DNA of 58,832 nucleotides, the filler included, from Sphacelaria rigidula (taxonomy: Eukaryota): assembly GCA_964200075.2 (NCBI GenBank). It is 10 parts of 10 records of this genome, joined end to end, with 100 filler letters (N's around TTAATTAATTAA, not from the genome) between each part and the next. Parts side by side here need not be neighbours in the genome. Positions count along the whole stretch, not along the records: positions 47,147 to 52,939 come from CAXNAA020024426.1; positions 53,040 to 58,832 come from CAXNAA020024427.1; 8 more parts are not named here. One strand, given 5' to 3'. Of the stretch, positions 51,070 to 58,832 are shown in pieces. The notes beneath the pieces are model-generated. The model searched no databases. It was not told the origin of the DNA and saw only the letters and a list, made by a program, of their open reading frames with translations. Made by a program: the position numbers and the translations under genes. Positions within the stretch are counted from its first letter, which is position 1, and every line of letters starts with the position of its first letter.

Positions 51070-51189
51070 GATGAGGCAAAGAAAGCGGAGATTAGTGAGA
51101 AGGAAGAGGCAGCAACCAAAGCGAAAGCCGAGCGCGACGTGGAAACGGCCATCCTTCAGGCGGATTCCCACGAGAAAGTGTACTCACAG
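51070..51189 (+). CDS. Exon of the same protein, charged helical (DEAKKAEISEKEEAATKAKAERDVETAILQADSHEKVYSQ)
   Basis: CAG|GTAAGC donor; acceptor (AAG after a pyrimidine tract) less certain. Confidence 0.6.
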
Positions 51190-51595
51190 GTAAGCCATGG
51201 GTGTTGGAGGAATATATTTGAGTACACGAGTCGCGTGTGTACCATCCGGAAAACATTTCAGTATACGCAAGCCGCCGGGTGGTAGCAAGCGATTCCGATC
51301 GACCAGTTGGAGGTGGATGACCGCTTGGCTGCCTTGTTTGAGAAATCTGCTCCACATGGACGTGGTGGACAAGCAACGGACTGAGGAGATACATAGTGCC
51401 GGGCGTACAGAGACCAGCTGCTGAGGCTGAGGGCTGCTGAACCCGACGTGTATCCTCCCCCGTGGACGCTTCAGGATTACTAGTTGTGGTCAGCAAGGCA
51501 ATGCGCTAGGTTAGGTTGGTGTCGGGAAGCATTGTCCCCACATAGGCTTACTGTACCCTGATCTCACTCGATCACAACGGATACCATAATCACAG

Positions 51596-51724
51596 GTTCT
51601 TGGCCTATTGGAGGAGCGAATTGATATTTCCGGCGTGCAGCTGGGTCGGAAAGTGGTGGTGGACGGGCAAGAAATCGTCGAGTTCATAGCTGCTTCGGAA
51701 AGCCGACAAGACATGCTAGGTCAG
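51596..51724 (+). CDS. Exon of the same protein (VLGLLEERIDISGVQLGRKVVVDGQEIVEFIAASESRQDMLGQ), possibly start of a GAF-like domain
   Basis: CACAG acceptor, CAG|GTACGG donor, phase 0-0, coding-like composition; domain guess is weak. Confidence 0.65.
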
Positions 51725-52225
51725 GTACGGTCCGCTCTGATTGATATAAGGTAATCGGCTTGGAGAGCCTCTCGCCGTTTTTTTCAATTCTTCGCCTGCA
51801 AAGCGGATAATGACCGCCTCATGATTGATCCTTTCGGTCCACTTGCGAAATTCCACATCCCATGTCAAGATCTCATGACAGTACCCCGAGTGCTCGTCAT
51901 TAGCATGGTCAAGTCCTAAAACAGCAAGATTATACCTACAGGGCAGCTCCCATCGCGGTGTATGCAGTCTTGCTGGGTGTGTACCAAGCTGCATCGAATA
52001 ATCAGCAGTGCTACTTTCTGGAGGTGCACATTTCCCCAGTAGGGAACGACAACATGCACAACCTTGGAGAACGGAAGTGCAGCTTTTTCCGACAAAGAGG
52101 GAAAAAAATACCTGGAAACGATCAGGAAAAAGGATACAAAAACAGGGAAATTCAGAGAAGTCAGTAGCTGTTTCTATATTCTTCAGAACGGCCCAAGTGA
52201 CATGTCTCAGAGAAAATAAATTTAA

Positions 52226-52343
52226 CCCTTTGGGAACCCATTGACGACTTTTGTTTTTGTGAATCGGCGTCATTTTCAGTCTCTTTTAAGTCAAAATGAT
52301 GTCGATTCACAAAAACAAAATTCGTCAATGGGTTCCAAAAGGG
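52226..52343. mobile_element. 118-bp hairpin MITE with piggyBac-like ends
   Basis: TTAA|CCCTTT ... AAAGGG|TTAC; ~51-bp arms with 4 differences around a 16-nt spacer. Confidence 0.8.
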
Positions 52344-52553
52344 TTACCCAAAGACCAGAATCGAGATCGAGACCGTCAAGGATGCCGTGATTGGCCTGCT
52401 GCCCTAAACCGCAACCATACCGCTTGCGATTTTCCGAGCTCTGGAGATAACACAACCGATGCCTGGAAATGCATAGATGGGCAATTTTATTCAAAACACT
52501 GTGTCAAAAGCGTAGATGGTCATAAGACGGCGTCATAACGTCTCGGAGCCATT

Positions 52554-52792
52554 CTACGATAGGGGGGCGGGGGGTATTGGATTGCACAAAAGAAGAGGCT
52601 CATGATTGTGTGATACGACCTGCCACACTCGCGGTGCGTTTTTGTTTGGTTCAAAACGGTGTCGATCGGTATGAATGAGCGTTATTTATCTACAATAAGC
52701 ACGTTCGAGCAACCGTTGCTGCTTTCAACAACGATTTGACTTGGAATTTCGTGCAAGAAGTGGCCCAAACTACCCCCCTCCCCGTATTGTAG
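52554..52792. mobile_element. MITE-like repeat with CTACGATAGGGG / CCCCGTATTGTAG ends (related ~46906-47046, ~55600-55685)
   Basis: Inverted ends; shared GTTGAAAGCAGCAACGGTTGTTCGAA internal motif in the copies. Confidence 0.6.
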
Positions 52793-53348
52793 TATGGTGA
52801 GGCACCCATGAGGCAGCGTATAGGCTGTGGCTGTCTCTAGGAGTGGCGATACCAGAAAATAGAGCAACTTATTGTAGGCTGTCATCCAAATGCAAGATTA
52901 TCAATAGGCTTCGGGCCGAACAATCTTAGCCGGATGCAGNNNNNNNNNNNNNNNNNNNNNNNNNNNNNNNNNNNNNNNNNNNNTTAATTAATTAANNNNN
53001 NNNNNNNNNNNNNNNNNNNNNNNNNNNNNNNNNNNNNNNAAGCCCACTGATTATCTTGCATTTGGATGACAGCCAGCAATGAGTTGCCTTACTGTCTGGT
53101 ATCGCCACTTCCAGAGACAGCCACGTCTTATACACTGCCTCATGGGTGCCTCACTACTGAGGAAGGGAGGGGTTCAAAGTGCGACGAATAATAATATATA
53201 ATAACAACAAAAATAATAATATTAAACAATGATGAAAACGAAATAATAACAATAATAATAACAATAATAATAATGATAATAATGATATTAATAATATATA
53301 AGACGTCAGGCGTTATCCCCCTCCAAATTATCTTCTCCTCACGCATAC

Positions 53349-53458
53349 CTCGAGTGGCTGGGGTTCAACGTTCTCTCCGTTGCTGAGGACGATGGTGTCC
53401 TTGGCCCTACCGGTCACGATAAGATCACCGTTGAGAGGGTTAAAGCGCCCCAAGTCAC
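53349..53458 (-). CDS. Long-chain acyl-activating enzyme (AAE15/Aas-like) exon (GDLGRFNPLNGDLIVTGRAKDTIVLSNGENVEPQPLE)
   Basis: Signature GDLG...TGRAKDTIVLSNGENVEP; TTCAG acceptor phase 1, GAG|GTATGC donor; absent from the ORF track. Confidence 0.93.
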
Positions 53459-54825
53459 CTGAAGAATCAAACGGAGATTAAATTAAACCTAAAAATTTGA
53501 ATATTGAAATATATATTACCTAAAAGATGAACATGAACAAACAAAATGGAATAACCTGGTGCTGTCATTTTTTTTTACCTCTTCCGTTTCCTTTTTCCAC
53601 TCTTTTTGTTTGTATCTTCTGCTGTCCGGTACAGTTTTCGTGAGATTGAGAGTGGAGGGTCCATTGAAAGCGGCTTTTGTCATTCGCTTTAACTTGGCCA
53701 ACTTTACACTCTCTGTGTGTCCCCTTTGCCTGTAACACTGGTGTGTGCTCAAAGCTACACGTCGATTCTACATAGCGGTATCAAGGGCTTCGGTGGCGAG
53801 CTACTACGGTACAGAAAGCGTACCGCGCCTCGGAGAGGGGCATTTCGGAACTGAAACTATTTCTTCATTCAATTGATCGCTTTTCACTCTCAATCGTATC
53901 CTCTAATCTTACGAAAACATTGTTTCTGCTACTTGTATCCTCTCTTCTTCTCCTCGTTTTTCTCCCGCCGTCATATATTCCATAATCTTAATGTTTGTTT
54001 GTTCTTCCCGAGTTTCCTCCTTCACACCTCGTCTCCGTCGTATTCTTTTTTACCTCGAGTGAATCAACTCTTTGACAGCCAGGCTATAATATGTGGGGTC
54101 ATCTGAATCACACACTAATTCTTGCACCTTAAAGTAAGTGATGCCAATCCAACAGATGTAACCCGACCCTGGCGGGGTCAAAGGGGTAAAGCAGATACAC
54201 CTGTCTCGTGACTTGATTTACCCCATCATGCCTGGAATCATCGTAGCGAATAGGTCAAATATGTAGGCTTTTGTTATTTATGCGTTAAAAAAAAAGAAAC
54301 TTCTTGAGTCGTTTAAGAGGGTTCATTTTGAAGCGGAAACCTGGCCGAGGCGTTACAATTACTTGATCTTAGTATGGAAGAACAAAAAACAAGAATCTAT
54401 AACTTATGCGAATTGTATGCGCGCATAAAAAACGAAAGCCCCTACAAATATGCGACAAATCAAGCAACCGAAACGACCAATCAAACAAGCACTACAGTAC
54501 ATGTGTGCGAGGGTCGGTTACACCATCACCGGTTCGAATCGCTTCATCTACGGTTTCTCAGGCCTGACTGCTCGAGAAAGAGAAAATAACGTTGACCGCG
54601 GGTCAGAATCGACGTCTCTACAGCACGCAATCTTGGGCGCTATTCCACGCGCCTGGGGTGCGCGTACAGTACCTGGGGTGTATTTTAGTGCAACGCTAAA
54701 TAAAAACAGACACAAACCGAATGATTGGTTCGCACTGTACGAACCAACTGCACTGAGGAGCAAGTAACTTTTCAGACGAATCGTCATTCGCCCGGTCACG
54801 TATGCAAAATCAGCAGCTATCTCGC

Positions 54826-54943
54826 CTGTGTCAAAGAAGCCGTCCTTGTCTATCACAGCGGCCGTGGCCGAAGGATTGTTCTGGTATCCCCTCATCACCT
54901 GCGGGCCTCTCACCATAATCTTGCCCGTTCGGCCGGGCGCCAC
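54826..54943 (-). CDS. Acyl-activating enzyme exon (VAPGRTGKIMVRGPQVMRGYQNNPSATAAVIDKDGFFDT)
   Basis: RGPQVMRGY..NP.AT...ID.DGFFDTG motif; GCAG acceptor; GC donor CAG|GCGAGA. Confidence 0.93.
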
Positions 54944-55052
54944 CTGCCATCATGACATAGCCCAAGGCGCACAGAACCGTCTAATGGCGGGTACAATTTA
55001 TATTTGATACCATTGAGTGTAATCGCGAGCAAGCAAGTCATCCCACGATAAT

Positions 55053-55512
55053 GGGGGTGTACTCATGATCTCGCATCTCCACACAGCCGGGACGGAGCAC
55101 GCCGGGTTGTCGCCGGACTAGGCTCGCAATCAATCACCAAGCGCGAAGCGCCGTCATGTGTTCGGCGAGTCGCATGAAGGGTGAACTGCATCCTGCTAAC
55201 ATGGGATTGGCCCAAAGCGTACTGATTATCTTGCACATGGATGACAGCTTTCGAGTTGCTTCATTTTCTTGCATCGCCACTTCCAGAGACAGCCACGGCC
55301 TACACACTGCCTCCTGGGGGTCTAACCATGCCAACACTACGAAGTATGACGATCATCCCCCTTGCACGGAATTGAGATTCTCCCACCCCGCACAGCATGA
55401 TCTAGCTGGACCACCATCATGGTTACCGCAAAAAAAAGCGGTAACCTAGTTGCTCAGCTTATGCAGTGAGAAGTGTATTTCACAGCGTCATTGCCAACCG
55501 ACGCCAACCATA
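55053..55512 (-). mobile_element. R1 retroposon, near full length, intronic
   Basis: Colinear with 40580-41085 with small deletions. Confidence 0.8.
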
Positions 55513-56128
55513 GGGGCTCCGTCCCTACAAAGCCGGGGTGGAGAACGCCGGGTTTTCGCCGGATCAGGCTGGACGATGGGCGAGGGTGAGGGGGCTGCGC
55601 CATTCCTTCCACGAAATTCCTCTTCAGATCGTTGTTGAAAGCAGCAACGGTTGTTCGAATGCGCTTGTTATCGAAAAGTAACAAGTAACACTCGCTCATA
55701 CTGCTTGGTACCGTGTTCAATTAGAATACAAGTGCACCGCGAGTGTACTGGGTCGCCTGATACACCGAAGAGTCCGTTTTTTGGTGGAATCACCCCTCCC
55801 CCTCCTGCGCCCCCCTACTGGTCAAACGACTGAGGCAAGCAACAATGATTGCCCCTCCCCCCCCTCCTCATGGTAGAATGGCTCCAGCCTCCAGCCTCCA
55901 GTAGTCAGAGTTGTCAGTAGGTCTCTCAGGCGCAGGCTCTCTTTGAGGTCACGTTTGATATTCTCAAAAAGATCACCTGTACTGGCAGGGCACACTAATA
56001 CGTGAATATTCTCCTGTATCAGTGGTTCCTTGTGTGATTACCCTCCGAACCACCGCATACGTGCCCCAGGTCAAAACGAACGACCTTTGTGCCACCATCA
56101 GCAGTTGCTCCATTTGCTCCCTGCTCAC

Positions 56129-56267
56129 CTTTTCCTGTGACTCCTGATCGATAATCTTGACTTCAGTGCCCGGCGACGGCTTTCCCACCGTCCCGCGAAC
56201 ATTATCTGCCGCCACGCGGTTGGAAATCACCGGTGAAGTCTCGGTCAATCCGTATCCAACCACCACC
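56129..56267 (-). CDS. Acyl-activating enzyme exon (VVVGYGLTETSPVISNRVAADNVRGTVGKPSPGTEVKIIDQESQEK)
   Basis: AMP-binding motif GYGLTETSP; CCAG acceptor phase 2, AAG|GTGAGC donor. Confidence 0.95.
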
Positions 56268-57116
56268 CTGGCCATGTGTAAGATAGATGTCATGATAGAA
56301 GGTATCACAGGTGTTCGGAGGTGGAGGGTGGGTATTGATGATATTGCGTGCGGTAGTCATGAGACTGATGACCTCGCATCCCAACACGGCCGGGACGGGG
56401 CAACAGCCGAAAAATCGTGTTTTTCGGCCCCAGTTTTCTCGATATGCCTTGCGCTGCAGCCGAAAAAAAGTGTTTTTGGGCCATATGGGATCAACAACAC
56501 GCCCCCCTCCCCACCCCCCACCTCCCCCCGATAAACAGGTTTTCACTCTGGAATTGAGAAATGTGTCCTGAAGACGACCTGCTTCCTCTTCCAACGCCTA
56601 CCGACTCTCAAACCCTCGAGTGAAGGTGACTTAGTCGTCTACGAAAAAAACAACGATTCGGTGAAAACCATATATTTAGAGCTTGGCCACTGTACTCCAG
56701 GATCTATGGACTAATTAATGGCTACCCGCAAGCACTCCGGAAATTTCGGAGTACATGGAATACCTCTTCAGAAACTTGCATGTCGTTGTAAAAACAATCG
56801 TGCAAGTTTCTCAGAAACAAAATCCCGAAAAATGCGCATGGAAATCTTGGGAGGCAAGACCGGTTCCCTCAAAGACAAGGAGCGCTCGGTCCCATACCTT
56901 TCATACCTCCAAACGTCCCTCAGGCAGGAGAGAGATACACACACACACCCAGACAGAGACGGGGGAGATGGATGGAGACCTGAAACTGGCAGACTATGAT
57001 ATATTGTTACAACCTGTCACTTCCACTACGGTACTGTGCCCGATGACCGCCACTGTGCAACATTTCTCCGCTGCGGCGGTGTACCCGAATTACATAATTA
57101 TGTCACTGTACAATAC

Positions 57117-57286
57117 CTTATTCCTGCCATTTCAAAGAAGTCTTCGAGAAACGACGGCAAGCTGCTCCCTCCAGACACCACGATCTTGATTCTGCCCCCG
57201 ACGCCTTCTTGGATCTTGCTCCACACAAGTTTATCCGCCGCTACTTTCAACGGCGACGTCAACCCCATCACCGCCGCCGATAATGC
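57117..57286 (-). CDS. Acyl-activating enzyme exon (ALSAAVMGLTSPLKVAADKLVWSKIQEGVGGRIKIVVSGGSSLPSFLEDFFEMAGIR)
   Basis: DKLVWSKI....GGRIK.VVSGGS.LP...EDFFE is typical of LACS/Aas; TGCAG acceptor, AG|GTATTG donor phase 2. Confidence 0.93.
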
Positions 57287-58604
57287 CTGCAATATCAAAG
57301 AAAAAGAAGGTTAGAGTGCAACATGTGTGTGTGTGTGTGTCGGGGGGGCGTACTCATTTGTTGCTTGCCTTAGTCGTTTGACCATTGACCACGCATCTCT
57401 TTCGAGACGGAGCAGTGTGTGTGTCGGGGGGGTGGGGGGGTGGGGGGGAATCTCATTTGTTTCTCGCCTCAGCCATTTCATCATTGACCACGGATCATTT
57501 TCGAGACGAATCACTGTTCCTTCTTCTAATAGAGACACCTTCAATATTCGGGGCACTCATGACGTTTCTTTCATACATAGCACAAAAAGTGTTTACATAC
57601 CTTGTGCCCTTCCTCCGTGGCCGTCTGTGGCCACCTTCTGTCCCCTAGTTTAGCTATCGTTTTCTCGCCACTTTACTGTCTAACATACCAGACTATTTTC
57701 GTGCCACCTTAATGTAGTTCTCACATTCCCCCGTCTACGGGGGAAAGGGGATTCGGGGTCACATTTGACACATTCACATGTAAGCTTCTGGCGCACGCTT
57801 AAGTTGACCCTAACCCTACTGTGAGTTCGTCCCCCCCCCTCCCCTACAAGACTCGTGACGTGAATCGTGGGTCACTTTACTACTCTCGTACCTAGCCCTC
57901 ATCCTGTAACGCTTTTGACACACTAATGCAATCAGCTCCGTCATGCGAGATACTCATCTTGTCATCTTGTTTGTATTTGCGCGTGTTTTTTGTTATTGCT
58001 GCTGTTGCCCTTGTTGTTGGTGCTTCCTTTCTTCATTTCTTTCTGTGGCTACTGTTCCTTTCTTTTCTGTCCCCTTCTTTCTTTCTTTATTCTGCTGCTC
58101 CTGGTCACGGGCTGGATTGTTGCAATCAGCTAATATGAGATAATCAAGCAATCAATCGATCAATCATGATGGATCATGACACTGTAAAAAAATGTATCGG
58201 TGCTTTGTCGTCAACGGCTGTAACCCTTTATGACCGCGAGGGGTGGTTCATCTGTTCATTTTGAAAAATGTATGTAAGATCAGATGTAGATGACCGAACC
58301 ACCCTGACGGTTCATGGGTCGACTGACATCCATAAGCCACTCAATCTATCAATACATATATATATATATACACTATCATGAGATCACGGCTGGACCCCTG
58401 GGGGGTCAGTTAAAGTGCGACAATCAACCAATAAAAAAAATACACACATGACAACATGTTCGCCATATTGAGAGTGTAGGTTTGGATTTGAGAGTCAACC
58501 TTCACCAGGAACACGTTGTTTCTATGTGATCTTCCCAATGCATGAAACATGGACATTTTTGAGTGTCAAGTGCGCCGATTCAACAAGTCACCTGCTACCC
58601 TAGC

Positions 58605-58605
<1 letters not shown>

Positions 58606-58658
<53 letters not shown>

Positions 58659-58832
58659 GTCGTCCCATCTATTATGGGCGCCAGTCTGGACCTTTCGGTA
58701 CATGTGGGCGCATCAGCCGGGGGATCACACAGGAGGAAGGTCAACACAGGAGTTTTTTTTGTTTTTGTTTTTTAGTACCCCACCTTCCTTCTGCGGTGCT
58801 TGCCTTTCTTTTCTATCGTGAGAGGGGTTCAG
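58606..58832 (-). mobile_element. SINE family S1 3' half with a long (CA)n tail
   Basis: Body matches 12330-12520; (GT)n tract at 58606-58657 directly at the 3' end. Confidence 0.85.

Noticed and set aside
51305..51424. Additional exon of the uncharacterised gene
   Set aside because: Frames contain stops and no compatible donor was found
57806..57820. CCCTAACCCTA telomere-like motif
   Set aside because: Under two units; expected by chance
5895..58832. Plastid/lipid gene cluster (chlM, ABC transporter, acyl-activating enzyme)
   Set aside because: Genes lie on different concatenated scaffolds; proximity is an artefact

Overview
Eukaryotic, intron-rich, repeat-rich DNA, most likely from a brown alga (Phaeophyceae). 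This is inferred from a heterokont-type bipartite plastid presequence, FNIP repeats and the exon/intron style. The window is not one locus: it is ten scaffolds of 5793-5794 bp joined by an artificial N44-TTAATTAATTAA-N44 linker, so adjacency across linkers means nothing. Contents: a degenerate Ty3/Gypsy element whose integrase ends in a chromodomain plus a Tudor-like domain (1-5600); a degenerate Ty1/Copia element (41254-46455); spliced fragments of chlM, an ABCB-type half transporter, a Q/G-rich putative epsin-like protein, an AAE15/Aas-type acyl-activating enzyme (with a GC-AG intron) and an uncharacterised protein; a disrupted FNIP-repeat gene; and many SINE, LINE and MITE copies. The most interesting signals are (i) a LINE and a ~500-bp non-coding partner element sharing a ~75-nt 3' end and terminating in C-rich rather than A-rich tails, with a structured 5' leader and a central core shared with another repeat; (ii) the Gypsy chromo+Tudor-like integrase tail; (iii) a TIR family carrying higher-order 42-bp arrays; and (iv) a near-perfect piggyBac-like hairpin. 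All homology calls are by eye, with no database search.
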